A stretch of 64,000 nt of DNA from contig JAYWIR010000018.1 of assembly GCA_036172245.1 (NCBI GenBank), positions 1,922,001-1,986,000 on the forward strand. The letters are read 5' to 3'. The notes beneath the pieces were generated by a model. It saw nothing but the letters and a program-made list of their open reading frames with translations, searched no databases and was not told the DNA's origin. Below are positions 36,401-51,277 of the stretch, piece by piece (within the stretch, counting starts at the first letter, position 1; each line of letters starts with the position of its first letter). The translations under genes were made by a program, and so were the position numbers. Source of the DNA: Raillietiella orientalis. Taxonomy: Eukaryota.

Positions 36401-39400
36401 CAAACTGTGCAGCTGGCAAGATGGCAAATCAAAGAGGCGAATCGATGCTGCTGCACATGTTACATAACACAGGGATGAACACAATACACTTTTGCAGTCT
36501 GGTGCTCGTGAAAGCAGCAACATTTTATTGATAAACCATCACAACTGACACTGCGTTCGAATCGGAAACTGTGCATATGTTCGTGTCACGCGGGAACACG
36601 AGAAACACTGTGAAGCTTGAACAATGTGTAGCTTTCTCTTTTACTGAAACGATTAATCAGGACACGGATATTTTGAACACCATGGGCTGCCACAGCTTCA
36701 CGATCTACGACTGTGTACTGTTCTTCAACAAAGAACAACACACGGTCGTACACTCTACCATCATTAGGCTATTGTACAGAGGAATTTTCCTACTAGAAAA
36801 GTTAGTGGGTTAGTCGATACCGACTAGCCACCACTGCCCCCTTGATTTAACCGCACTTAAGTTTTATCTGTGACATAACGTTAAAGATGCATCCTGTTAT
36901 CTTCAGGACCTGCGCAACAGAATCGGTGAAGCTATTTCTAAGAGTATACCAGAGGGCTTGTACGCACACAGACTATGACTGATTACGTTTAAACAAGTCC
37001 AAATACAACTAAAGGCTCTCATGTGCCGTTGGTTCAAAAAACAAAGAAAGAAAGAAAGCTGCTCTTTCTTTTGAACTTGTGAAAGAAAACAGTATTACCA
37101 AATCGATGGGTTCGAAGGCTGTGAACGCTTACTTTTGTGGACTTTGTGTAGAATTCATTAAGCTAAGGATTATGTATTCCTCTCTAAACAAATTCCGTGT
37201 TTGCCGAAGTGCTATGAGAAAACATCTATGAACCGAATCGAACCTCGAACTGAGCAATCACGGGCTACTTATGACTCGTGGCTAATCATGTAAGACTCAG
37301 ATGAGCAAAAGACCAATCCACACTTGGGAATAAATGACATACATTATTATTTGAATTACATAAATAAATTATTATTTGAAAATGCTAAAATAAGCACGGT
37401 AAGCAGTCGGAACCAACTGTCATAAATCATGCAAACCATCACGCAATTCCAATCTCCGAAACACAGATCAATCTGAACTTTTGCGACCTTGCAAGTCTTT
37501 TGGCTAGTTGATCAGCTTTATCGTGGAAACGAATGGTGGTCAACTTGGGATCAAAGCTTTCCTCCAGAAAACGATAACCATCCTCTCTTTCCCGTGATTT
37601 TTTCTCATAAGCACTTGGAAAACAAAAGGCTGTTCGCGGGAACATTCTGCCGTTATTATCAAACGAAGTGCTATGAAAGTGCAAATCAACGAATGAATTA
37701 TTCTGCTGAATGCACCAAGACGAAAGGAAAGTGTCCCTCGTTTGTTCCATTTTGGGGAGGACCTCCCCCGTTTCAATGATCAGAGACAAGATCACCTTCG
37801 ACGCAGAAGAAAAACTGCTTTTGCCCGAATCTATTGGAATGACATGCAATCGCACGTCCCAAGGCAAATACTTAACAAAAAGACAACTCTGACAAATAAA
37901 GGGCGATTCACACAGTACGTTTATTTTTAATTCTTTCGACCCACTCATCTCATCGTATTACTTTCGGTGCTGCTTATAGGCTTCAAAACGATGCCAACGA
38001 TGCCAACTGAAGGTTTTAGAATGAACCTTACAACAGTAAGCATACCATTTCTTCAATACACAACGAATGGATGTTACAGTATTTTCCTCAACCTTAAATG
38101 CCCTAATTGAAGCACTTTATTTCTTGTTTTGCTAAAACGGTTTTTTTTTTTTTTTTTGAGACTCTGAAATAATACTAATTTCTGAGATAGAAACACCCAA
38201 ATACAATACTTCAGAAGCACTGAAAAATTTGGCGTTTCATTTTAACACGGATTACAAAAGATTATGATACTTTTTGTGAACTCGCGAAGCAAACATTACT
38301 TTTAAAACAATACAAAACTCGCCAATGTTTTATGCTAAAAAAACATTGACAAGACTTGAAGGAAAGGTGTAAAGAGTCCTCGATTGCATGGTGTCATTCT
38401 CCTCTTTCGGCAAGAAAGTTTTAATCAGGTATGCATCAAAAAAGCAGTTAATACAGTAAACACATTAAAAAGGAACAATGAGGTAGATTTATCGAAGAAT
38501 TTTCTGACTGAAAGTTCAAAGCTACACATTTTCATGTACTCTCCACAAGCAAAAGCTTCTGATGATTGTTTTAATCTACCATGTTATAGAACCCCAAATG
38601 AAATCTCAATTTCTGACTGATAATTTTACAACGATCTGTTACAAGTTCTAAAATGTGGTTATGCAATGAACAGTTTAATTTAACAAATAACAATTTCTGT
38701 ACCATAAAACTTTAAATAACAAAAATTGACAGAATAAAATAACTGTAAAATAATCAGTGTAAACAAAAAAGATGTACAACAAAAAGTACAATATTGCACA
38801 CTGCAAGACATGAGAGATCTGTGAAAACTTTGTGTGCATTTTAGTGGAATGCACACCCAACTATTACTAGCACAGAGACTGAACACGTGAGTGTCACAAA
38901 CATCTGTGGTGTTCCATGGGAATAAAGAAACGTAGAAGGGCATCCACAAAAGAAGTAATCCTTTAGTAGTGCCAGTGTTGCAGTATATCTGACATTCTAC
39001 TTCTATTACACCACACTGGAAAACACTGCCATGCAACTTAATTTTTTGGTCACACACAAAAAACAAATCCGTACCAAGTAACAGTTCGGGTAAGCAAGGA
39101 AATGGAAACATAAAAGGGTAAATTGTAGAAATGTTCCTATAATGATAATAATACATACATACATGTGTATTCTATATGGTTAACCAAAAAAGTTGCCTAA
39201 TCAATGGTTATCCTTTACTGTTTGAATGTAATTTCACACCAGTGTCAACATACATGTAGATCGCACATAGCATATCAATAATCTCTGTTAGAATTATAAA
39301 TATGGACAAAAATGAAATAAAAATCATGCCTGGGAACCTATGTCTCATTAACACAACAATACAAAATAATACAAAGATTGTGCACAATACTTTGTGATAA

Positions 39401-42400
39401 TGAACTAATGCAATTAATACTGACAGCATGATAATGAATATTTACAAAATTAAGTAGCAAAATGCGATTTTAAATTTGATATTTGTTATGAAACAATGCT
39501 GTAGGTCATTGATAGAAAAATTAAAAAAAAAAAAACGAAATAAAATAGATAATAAAATAACTCAGATAATAAAATAACAAAACTAATAAAATCAAGTGAC
39601 CAAAGCATCTGGATTGCACCGAATTAGAAATGATCTGTCCCAATAAATACTTTTACCAAAGTATTATAAGCACTTCTTGCATGCAAAAATTCTGTATGTA
39701 TTTTTAAAATTCACAATGGCCTTTCTTGATTTTATTCATTATATTCCATCACTTCTTCAGAAAGATTACATCGGAAATCCACTTGACTTCTTAAAACTAT
39801 CTACACCAGACTACAAAATCATATGACATTCAGCCAGCTTTTCATTACAGATTCAAATAAAAAATCAAGTTGAATATCGTTTCTTCATTTGTTCCCAATC
39901 GGATTTCTTACGACTGAAATTTATTTACTACTATTATATTTACTATCAAGTAGAAATTTCAAAACAGAGGTAAAAGCATGGGACAAAACTGTGTTATCCT
40001 TACTTTTATCTCTATTTTAAGACAAACTACGGGGCATTTTCTGTTTCTGAACATCTTTGTACTGAATATTGCTCTGTAAGTTTATTGGAAATCTCATACA
40101 ATTTATTTATGATACCTTCATGGTCCCTACCCTGTCATTTCATGATTTATTGATAATACCCACATGAATAACACGAAGCTCACATAATCTCTTTGAGATT
40201 AGTCTATCTGACGCAGAACAAATAGCTCCTGAAAACCAGTAATAAAACAAAATATCAATCAAGTACACGAGATTTAATAAAGCCATTAATTTAAACTCCT
40301 ACTGCTTCAACTGCTAAAAACTCAAGGCAAGATTAAGCATAATTTCACTAAAAACATACAACTGGCACAGCAAGTTTTTTAAAAACTAGTGATCTGCAAT
40401 AACGTTCCTTCAAGTATAATTGTCAGAAAATCATTGGTTTTCTGATAACTATATTTTGATGATGAGCATGCATTGACTAATAAGCCAAGTCACACTCAAC
40501 AATAACTGAAATATTATAAATACTGAACTTTTTGTTAAATTTTTAATCTTTTTATAAATGCAAATACTAAATTTAGTAACAACCAAACAATAATGAACTA
40601 AGGAGAACAATTTTAAGAGAAATAATGGAATTCTGGAGAATGGTAACGTGTAAGACTAAACTGGAAGGATACACTAACATTAAATATTTGATATTATTTG
40701 GATTTCCTACAGTATCAAGTAACTTAGAAGACTTACATTCATAATCGAAATTTTATACACATTTATACTCATTAATTGTTGTTTTATAAAATACTCAATA
40801 TTAATACTTGATAGTTTTTCACATATTAGATCTAATTACATAATTTAGATATCAACCATTACAACTGACTGTTAAAAGCATCATTAAACAACAACATCAG
40901 AGACTTAATGCAAAGGGCATTCAGCAAGCATGAAACAACTGCAATTCATGTGCAAATAGCATCATGGAAATGCTTGAGAAAATAAAAACCTGAAATGAAA
41001 CTAAGCAAATCTCCAAGGAAATTGTATGAAATCCAAAAAATCAAGCATATAAAATTAAAAAACGGAATCCTAAACAAAAATTATGGAAAATACAATTAAC
41101 ACTCACAAGTAAGAAAAATAATTTACATATAATTAACGAAATTATGGAAAAATTGATACTTAAAACTTCTTGGAAGATGCAGTTCTAAGAAGTTATCTTT
41201 ATATATATACATATCTTTATATACATATATACATAAAGATACATAGACATTGATATAGATATCTCTATGTGTGTCTGTGTATGTTGGTATGTAGTTAGGT
41301 TAAGCATATAGTTTAGTATATAGTTTACTCAATGACTGATTACATAAAACAGTGGCACAAAAAAGAATTATTCACTCAATAGTGCAATCTGAAATTAATG
41401 TAGCATTAGTACACATATCAATGGAGGAATTAGTACACTTTTCACTGTGCTCATCAATATGGATACAGTTATTTGCCTTTAATATGCTGTAAGTATACAA
41501 AAATTAGAGAATATAATTTTTGTTCGTTTCGCAATACTTCAGATTTTTAAACTTGCTACAGAAATACACAAAAATATATGTAAACATAACATCAAGATGA
41601 AAAATATTACCTTTTCAGGAACAGAAATTATGATTAAAAATGATTTCCTTAGACTACCAAATATGATTAGCTCCTTCATACTACACTTTTGTGAACCATG
41701 TAGATATAAAAAAAACTATGGATATGCACTAGTTGTCAAGGTAGATAATGCATGTACATGTTCTATAATTATATATTCAAACTCTATTTACATCTGCAGG
41801 AGCAACATTACTTGCATCTGTCACAAAGAAAACTTGAATTGCATACTCTCGGATGACTTAAAGGCTTTTTCATACCATAGGAAAATAAAAAACAACTGAA
41901 AGAATCGTGAAAAAACATTAAAAATAATTAACCAGAATGTATGTACAGATTCTTCCAAAAAACAAAACATTCTCACGTAGTTCAAAATCATACTAAAATT
42001 TTGCTAACAGCATGGTTAAGTCAATTACTTTCATTCACAAATATATGAAGAAATGTTTAATTGCGGGAAATTCAATGACATTAAAACAAAATGACTTTCA
42101 TAAACAACACAGCTGATATACATTCGGTACTGCTTTCTCAAATGGTAAATTCACTCATGAGACTGCAGAACACAAGTTTAAACACACCTGCTGCCAAAAT
42201 GGAATACGAAAGTCTTTCTTCATGCAGTTATGAATGTATTGAAACCGATTATTATGGAAGCAAACTTCCATAATACAAGGGCAAAGGTACAATATTTATA
42301 ACTATTTTCGCATGCACTCCGAAGTAAAAAATGAAAATGATTAACATATCTGCTAAAAATCTGCGACTATTAAATAATAATCTCAACAACATTATTTGAT

Positions 42401-45400
42401 AAGTATTGTGCAATACAAATATTGGATGCGGTAATAAGTTCAATTTTACTGTTCATTACACCATCTAAGCTTGATTTATTTCAGATTTCACAGATTTCCG
42501 CGGTTGGGCTTTTTCAGTTATTATTTTATAAGTATCTACTAGTATAAGTACACTCTGAAATAAAAATCTGATGGTAAAAATGAAACTCCGTAGACACAAA
42601 ATTTTTAACACATATATCTACCCATCTTCCTCAGCTTCCAAAATTAACAAAATTGCAGGTAAATAACTATAATTAATGACAAACACATGTAAAAGTATGG
42701 AGCACTTATGTACACATATTATTTGATTGCTGCACGAGCTGAATTAAAAATACCAACGTTAACGAGTTTCACTTTAAAAAACTATCGCACATACAAAAAT
42801 AGACGTTGTACAGTTATCAGTCAATGAAAAGATATTCCAGTAATTTTATAAATAAAACGAAGATCCTCCCTCCATGAATGGGCTATTTTGAACATACGAG
42901 ACTGGCGGCGTAACAACATTCATGAAACTTTACAATCAACATCAAGAACGATTAGACTTGTCCCTATGTAAAAAAAATAAAATGTAATGTAACCCATACT
43001 AACACGAAATGGGTACCTGTTTCCCATGAAGTGAGAAATAGCAAACACACTCTCAAAAATACAAAAAAATATAGCAACAGATACCCAAGTTGTGAGGATT
43101 ACAACGTTTTCGTTTTCAGTCTCATTGTCTATTAATACTGCAAAGACCTTACATGACAAAAAAAGGCACCGTATGCTTTACAGCTTGTATTTACAATGAG
43201 AACATTTAGTAGATCACCGCGAATCACACTACTTCCTTACAACCATTTGTTGACACTCGTTCAAATCCTCCGAACACAGCTTTAGCAGGAATGCGTTCCA
43301 TTCTACCAATACTGCAAATTAATTTAATAAACTAATTTTAATGCTTAAGGTAATAGTTGAACGCATTAAAATTTTATATTATTTAATGAAAATTATAGGT
43401 AAAATCTTGGAAAAAACAAAAATCAAACTACTAAACGTTACGCAGAAATCCTTCAACATGAAATGTACATTCAGATGTTTCGAAACTGTTCCCTAATTAA
43501 TACTTGCAAAAGAATGAATCGTAAAGGTTGAAATAATTATAAGTATTAATAGCATCAGTGATAACTAAAGACCACATCAGGATGAAAAAATTATGAAGAT
43601 AACTTTCATAGACAGGTAATGAAGCGATTTTTTAAGGTGATTAGTGAATTTTTTTGAAGATAATGTACCTTGATTCGAAGGTCATTATCAATGCTAAAAA
43701 TATTAGTGATGTATCTATTAAATTCTTGAGATAGACATAGAATGAAATTGATGCTAACTTAGTTATCTCGGCTTGGAATTCATATTTATGGTATTTCTGA
43801 TGCCTGTGTACATCAGGAAAAAAAAGAGAAATTTGACAAGATGTTCCACCTTCACACGTTAACTATCATTTTGATCTATTTTCATAGTAATTCTGAAAAT
43901 GTTGCCTAGTAATATTAAAACTAATGCTCTTTTGTTTTCAAGATTGTTGCACTATATTTTTAAGCAACATTTACTAACATTTCCCATAAAAGTTAATAAT
44001 AAATTTTAATTTCATAAATTCATGATTTCATTTCATTGAATTTCACTGTCTTAAAATGAATGTCCGAAGATTCTTAAAATACTAATATGTGTATTAGTCA
44101 TCAAAAAAAGGAACTTCTCCATTGATAAATTTTGATTTGATGTATTTATTGTCTATTTATAATTATTTAATTATTTTTTAGAACAGTAAAACTAACAAAG
44201 AAAAACCGAAAACAATTCTAATAGCATTGAGAAGAATGGAACGAAAACAACCAACTAGCCTTTTTTTTTTAATATTTAGAATGTAAGTTCTACTACAAAG
44301 ATTTTTTTTTCTCTTTCATTTTGATCTTCACACCTTTGTAGACTTGAAAGAATAAAGGTAATTACTTTTTTCAATAAGTATTGATTAAACTCATATCACA
44401 TTGACTTATATTGATTATTAAATCAAAGTGGAAGCTTTGAATATCCATTACTTACTATCTATGAGCTTGAGAAACTGAGAAATAAATATGCATACAAGGA
44501 AACTCATTGCAAGTATATTTCTCCCAGTGTGGAAAATAGATGAAATTAAAGCCAATAACCGATTATTCATTAAAAGGACTATGAATCACATATTCGAAGA
44601 GCTTTGTACATTTTGCACTTCTCCTCTGTGTGTGCAATCTTCCCAGTAATACTCCTACTACAAGATTCAAATATTACATTCATTCAAACAGATGTCCTTT
44701 AAACTAAATCATCGAAAAGTTTGAAACTGACAATTCAGATACAGAAGTTTCTTTCCCATCATCAACTGAGTAGTTTTGCAGCTTCCGAATAGTAGTCTTT
44801 CGTACTCAACAGATCCTTTTATCTAGGATTACTTTTCATTTTGTATATTGATAACGATGAACAACTCTGATTACAAAGGATATCCTCTTCTGGAATTGCG
44901 ATGAATTATAATTTATGTGTATCGTTTTTAGTGAGATTACAGTTTCAATTACGTAACAAAAAATTTCTAAAATGTTCGTTCAAAAACTAATTGGCAAGCA
45001 ATTAATTATCATACTTAACGAAGCTCTTTACACCTGGATTCCAAAACCGAGTATGGGAAACGAGAAACTTGAGATTTGCTTTTCAGTAGCAGTTTTTTTA
45101 AACATGTATATACATCAAATATTACAGCACTACGGAATCAAGCAAGCATCTCGAAAACATTAGGGAACTGGAAATATAGCCTTGAAAGTGGGATACGAAA
45201 TTACTTTTGTACTAAGAAACAGCATCTACTATTTACATAGGGTTATACAAAAAAATCATTAAGTATGATAAATGCACTTTTCTTGATTGCACTCAAATAG
45301 ATGAAGCCTCAGTCACATGTGAGGCCATCATTCAGGATTTGTAAACCCATCTTTAAATTAATAATAATTTTGTAGATTAAATCGTTAATAAAATCTTTTG

Positions 45401-48400
45401 GTTCACTAATGAGATAATATATGTCTGAATAACTTATATCCACTGTTCAAGTAGTTCAAAATGATAGGTGTTTTCTTAAAGTCAGCAGGGTAGTTGTTTG
45501 TATTGAACGGTTTTGTATGAATTACACTTATGGATCCCTCTCTGGGAGTATTGGAGCGAATATAAAGACTTCAAATGATGGAGCTCCTGTAAGTTGAATA
45601 TCCTCCTCAACTTCCTGGTTTCCATGCATTTACCTATGTAGGCTGTTTTCTCAATTGGAAGATTAGAAACACCATTGTCCAAAAGATTTTCAGAAACATG
45701 TACCCAAGGAATTGGTGCAAACACGAATCTTACAGAGAAATCAATGGCGAGTTGTAAGGAGAGAACTTTGAGATTTGGACGTTCACGGAAATACATTAGT
45801 GCTTATGCTAATGGATACTATTTGATACGAAAATTCAAATAGGCAATGTTTTTAGCTGTTCTTTCAGTCGCCATGGACAATTATAACTTGTTTTAAATCA
45901 TAGGTTGGTAATGTTGTGAAGTTACTGAAATTAATAATTCCAACTCGATTCCTCTACATACAATAATAATACAGTTCTATACAGTTCATTTGCGTTCATA
46001 TCTTGGCTCGTAAAGCAGATTCTTTTATATCACTTTTGCAACACTTTTATTAATTTTGTATTGCAAATAAAAATGAATTAAAAGGTGCAGTACAACACAT
46101 TTCAGTACACCTATGCTTCGGAAGAAGGGTTCAGGAAGCTAAGGGAGTAATAGGGGAAAAAAGTGAGCAAAATCTAATAATGTATTAATACTCATTAACT
46201 GTGCAATTTCCACTGATTATTTCTGTAATTGATTCAGTAAACTGTTTACGGTTCACCTCCTGAACGAATTTTATTTTATGGTTACTTTATTGAAATAAAG
46301 ATTCTCCGGACTAGGGACCCTGACAAAACTGTTGCTTATTTCGTTTTCTCTTCCTCTCCCTCGTGTACTTATATGAAAATCCAATTTCATCTCTCAGTCG
46401 TAAAAATTTTCAAGGGCAATGGAATTGTTTACAAAAAATCAAATTTGCAGGGAATCACTTGTTTCATATCTGAGGAAATCTGGATCGTTTTCATTTATTG
46501 CATCCCTACTTATTTAATGCCTCGGTTGAAATGAAATCAACAAATTCTGAATAAAATCTACGGCAGCTGTCACGGATTTCAGTTGTCAAGATTTTGACGG
46601 GCTTCTAAGCAACCTCCTCCCGTATGTCCTATACATATCTGCTACCATGCTCTCGGTCGTATGACTTGGTCGCGTGCACGTGTACATTCCGTACGTATTG
46701 GAATGCACGCAAACATATGAATAAGGAATGCCAAGTTTTCATAATAATAAAAGAAACCATTAAGTTTATGTACACCATTTCTACTTTAACAACACTGGAA
46801 GCTATAGCTGGAGAAACTCGTAGGTGACTCCCCAAAAGAAATCATTCTTCGTGGTTAATAAACAGTAGCAGAGCTGCCTTCATATTTCAATATTTTTTTT
46901 TACTTTTTTAATCTAAACAGTTGTATTAAACTAATTATGGTAATGTTGATTTGTTGACTCAGACCTGTGCTTTTTGAAGAAAGCAACGTAAATGAGTAAG
47001 TTCGTTTCTTATAGCAGTAGGAAAATTTGAACAGAATTAGGATAAAAAAAAACTCGAAAACGCAAACAATCTTACAAATGTATATAACAAATGACTTGAC
47101 TACTACGCCAAATAATTGTGTAAATTAACGAATGGCTGCATCGGTATTCACCTGATCAGTCAATCAAGTTAATCAATTTCTTTGAGACGTGGGGTTTCAG
47201 CTGAATTGATGAATGGAATTTTTTGTTCGGTCTAAAAGGATTTCTGCTTCAAAAATAAGCAATGAAAGAAATTCATGAGAAGCAGATATCGCTTTCCGTG
47301 AATGTTATGCGAATTGGTTTTTCGCGCACCCGGCGAAGAGGATATGACCAAAGATTCATTCCTGACTCTGTTCAGCAGTTCGGTGATCCATTCCTTCTCC
47401 ATCTTTTTTTTTTTGTTGCTTCCTACAAATGGTTGGAGACCCCACGAAAGAAAAGGTTTCATTGTAATTTTAATTAGACGTGCAGATCCTTGGCGCATCT
47501 GTAGAGCAGCGACAACTGGATCCCACATTTTGACTCTGCTTCACAGTATACTTTGAATGGATGTCGGATGTCTTCGAATCCCATGCCTATGTAGGTATAG
47601 TCGTTGCTTGGAATCGGTTTTTCCCGCAGCTCTTTTCGCACGCGACTTCCCTATGTGCAAGTGCACTTGTTCTAATGGTTCCTTTATGGAAAGTAGCCAC
47701 CTAGAGTGATGCATGACGAGTTTTTTTTTTTTTTCGTTGTTTGTGCCCCTTTTTCTTAGGAGCACTTCCAGATGAATCCGCAAACGAGCAGCACAAGGAA
47801 ACTACTATGTGCAACACGTAGTGTTGTGTTGTTTTCAGAAAACAAAGAAAAAAAATTCATCTCGAAATCTGATTCGAAGTCAAAGTAGTCAGAGCCAGTC
47901 TCAGCGAGTGAATGTTTTTTTCCTAATCCTGTAGCTCTCTATTCCACGATTTAGGTTGTTTTGGGGAGATGTCTTTCTCTTTTCCAGCATTGCGACGGTC
48001 CGATTGTGAAACAGTCAGTTCTCTTTCTGGACATTCGCTTGCTTCGGAGAAAATGTCAAACCAACTGATGTCCTGTACATGCATGCAGATAGAAACAGCA
48101 TGTCGCCTTTCACTTCCAGCTTCATGCTAAGGGATAATGACGATTCATACAAAAGAGCAGAGACCCTTGTCTCAGAGGATGCTGATTGAAATGGCAATTG
48201 TTTCTGCAAGTGTCGGGGCATTAGAGGAGGAACAAGTAAAGGCAACTCAGACAATTATGCTCCATTACTGTCCATCATTGATCACTTTCCGAAAATCATC
48301 ATTTCCAATTTATGATTCTGAAATAACACCAAACTGTACAGACCCGACATGAGAAAATCACCTGAGTTGCTTACACTGTATTCTAGTAACTAGTGGCTGC

Positions 48401-50030
48401 TGTAATGAAAATTCGGTTGGTTGAACGAATTGTCGGGTGAGCTCGCAGTGGTAGGAGATGTGGTCGCAATTGTAGTTTTCACATTCATTGGACTGAAGTC
48501 TTCTTGCAGTTGATTCAAACGGCATATTTTACAGTCGTTTCATTAATGGATGGACTGATTTCGGGAGGTGAAGAAGCACAATGCATGTTCTGTGTTAGGA
48601 CTGCTCATAGATAAATGGAGTAATTATTTACGATGAAAGTGTTTTCAGTTCTTCAATGTGCTTTATACAGTTGAGAGTATGTATATGGCTGATTCTTTAT
48701 GAGAAGTGCAGGCTGCATCATGAATGCGTTCGGGGGCATCTTGCAGTTTGAGCGTTTGAGAGTTTTGAAAAAATTCTCTGTCAAATACTGCTCCACCCCC
48801 TCTCTTCAACTGAACTAGCATTGCTAAATTGAGTAGCAGAGATGAATGCATCATGAGAGGATGAAGAGACGGCAAAGATGAATGCGACACTTTTGGACTT
48901 GTAATGTAATTTGCCCGAATTTTGAACTTCTCGTGTCTGCTGCTTCAAGTTCTTTTCTGATGGTGAACTACATGTGCTGCGCCTGTTTAGCATGTTTGGT
49001 TGTTTTGCAGATAATTGAATACCTTCCACAATTACTGGGATCCGTCCCTCCAAATGAATTTCATAACGTTCCCACAACGTTTGATGTTTCTCCTGTTGAA
49101 ATGTATATCGAATACATATGCAATGCTCATTTGAAAAATGAAAATGATAAGCAAGACTTTCCTGCATTTTTAATGAGTTCGAATTAATAAAATGACCATT
49201 TCAAGAGGAAAAAGGTTTCTAAAGAGTAGTAGGAAATGTTGCAAGACTGGGGTGAACAGCCCATGATGGCTACCATCGTTTATAATTCCCTTCCTGGTTG
49301 GAACGCCTCCTTTCGATACTTTCATTTGCACAGACTTCGGATCCTGCTTCTACTTTTCGACATTTGTAGAAAAAAAACCTCTCAGAATAAAAGACGTTCT
49401 ATAACTTTGCATCATATAATTGCATGCAGGATAGCAGGATGCAGAATGTCACTGTAAAATCCTAACGAATGCTTTATCTTTTTCTTGAAAAGCAAGATGG
49501 GATAGGATCTCAAATCACTTTCCTTAAGATCACGGGGAACTGCCTCCAGTTGAGGAAAGTTAAGTAATGTGATGTGTAATGTGATGCCATAACTGTACTA
49601 TAAAGAAAACTTTTCATAAATACTAGTGGGCTAAATACTGAATATCTAATGTCGATCTATATGTGTAAAAGTGTTGCAAAAGCATACTTGTTGCATAATA
49701 GTCGACTGATTGAGCCAATGTCAAATTATTGGATGCAAATGCAAGCTTGCTTGCTTCTTTCTGCGTATCATTGGGAAGCTCTCAATGAATCTCCCCCCCC
49801 CCTCTTTAAGTTCAGCAAATGCTTCAGTCAGTCATCACGTTTATGAACTAATAACTTGGTCTGCCAAAGGTTTCAAGATGGACTTTTTCGTTTTGTCTCA
49901 ACCCCTTTGGGGATTTTTGGGCACATCTTCTGGTTTACCGGTGAAGACACTGTGTTGCCTAACAAAGATAATAAGCAGTTTTTTGTCAGTTATGCACGTG
50001 GGTAATTTGTTTAAAACAAGTGATTCAAGG

Positions 50031-50107
50031 AGGAGTTGCCATCGAATGTTATGATCGATAATTTCTTTGAAACAAGTGATTCATCATAATATTTGATGGC
50101 AACTCCT
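50031..50107 (+). ncRNA. Candidate pre-miRNA-like or hairpin RNA
   Basis: Arms 50031-50055 and 50083-50107 form a continuous 25-bp stem with two G-U pairs on the plus strand. There is no expression evidence and I do not recognise it as a known miRNA. Confidence 0.3.
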
Positions 50108-50939
50108 ATCAGACTTATGATCTATTCAAACGGAATGTAGAATAACGAATTCAAACATAAGGAGAAATACAATTTTCTCTCCCTAGAGTACGAGGAGAAT
50201 GCCTTGCTAGATATGTCAGAAGTAAGTAATTGTACGTACATTCATGCTTGTTCTTACTGTGTTGAATTAGATCAGAATTAGGAATTGGGAAAGTTTTTGA
50301 ACTCCGGTAGTTCTGAATTTCAGTCAGGAGTCGATTTTTAGAAACAGAATTATATTAGTGCGAATTCAATCAAGAGATGATACGAAACCCGTTTCTTGTG
50401 TGGATTGTGTTTTTGACATTCTTTTCTTCAGAGGCTTAGCCTATAGTTGTCAAAATGAAATACAAACTCGCACTTACTAGGTAATAAAAATATTGCAAAC
50501 TAATTAAAGTCGGCAATTCAAACTTGTTTGAGATCGAAAGAAAGAAATTGAAATCATTTCCGTCTTCCGTGCAAAAAAGGTAATATGATACTCTGATACT
50601 GTTCAAAGGAATATCGCAAATGCGGCTGACGCTCAGATGGCAACGTGATCGTGCAGTGAGTGGCAGGTAAAGGGATAAGGTGCTGAACCATGTTTCCTAA
50701 TGGGAAAAAGATAGCATATCCCTTGAATTTGCAAAAGCAGCAGCTTCGGTATTCGATAAATCGCTTTTGATTTTGCATTACTTCATTTTACAGTTGTCCT
50801 GACAATATTTGTGAAACGAAGTAAGCCGAAAGAAACCGGATGTCAAAAATAATTTTGTTCCCAACCCTCTTTGATAATCAGGGATAATATTGGTGCATTT
50901 CAGTGAAAAAGCGTATCAGATTTGCATTACGATGGTAAC

Positions 50940-51277
50940 ATGCTGAAGTACCTGGTAAAGTTTTTCAAATAGCATCTTTGTAATGCTCTTTTGCCATGAT
51001 TTACTTGCAAACCTATGTAAAATTTGAGCATCTGTCTAAATTGCATTTTGTACAGATTTTATCATGGTTTCCACTCATGGTGTATAATGTTAATTTGTAG
51101 GTGACTTTTGGCGCAGGTGTCTACACAGGAATATACATTGCTCAAAATTACGATGTAAGTTGTTTGTGTTCAACTGAATTTACGAAAGACAATTCTTAGG
51201 TTGACAGACTGGATGATCCAAGAACCCTATGGGAAAAGCTAAGCAAATATTTGGAACAGTACCGGAAAAAAGACTAA
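50940..51277 (+). CDS. STMP1: Short transmembrane mitochondrial protein 1 (STMP1/C7orf73 family) microprotein, 48 aa
   Basis: Exons 50940-50954, 51101-51154 and 51200-51277 with phase-0 GT-AG introns give MLKYLVTFGAGVYTGIYIAQNYDVDRLDDPRTLWEKLSKYLEQYRKKD. This carries the family motif G.Y.AQNYD after a Gly-rich TM segment. Candidate 5'UTR intron 50821-50903; AATAAA at 51392. Confidence 0.9.

Noticed and set aside
37439..37948. 169-aa minus ORF
   Set aside because: No domain or motif recognised and no supporting exon structure.
47302..47556. RAPGEED, resembling Axin RPPVPGEE
   Set aside because: It is on the plus strand, opposite to Axin, and the spacing is wrong.
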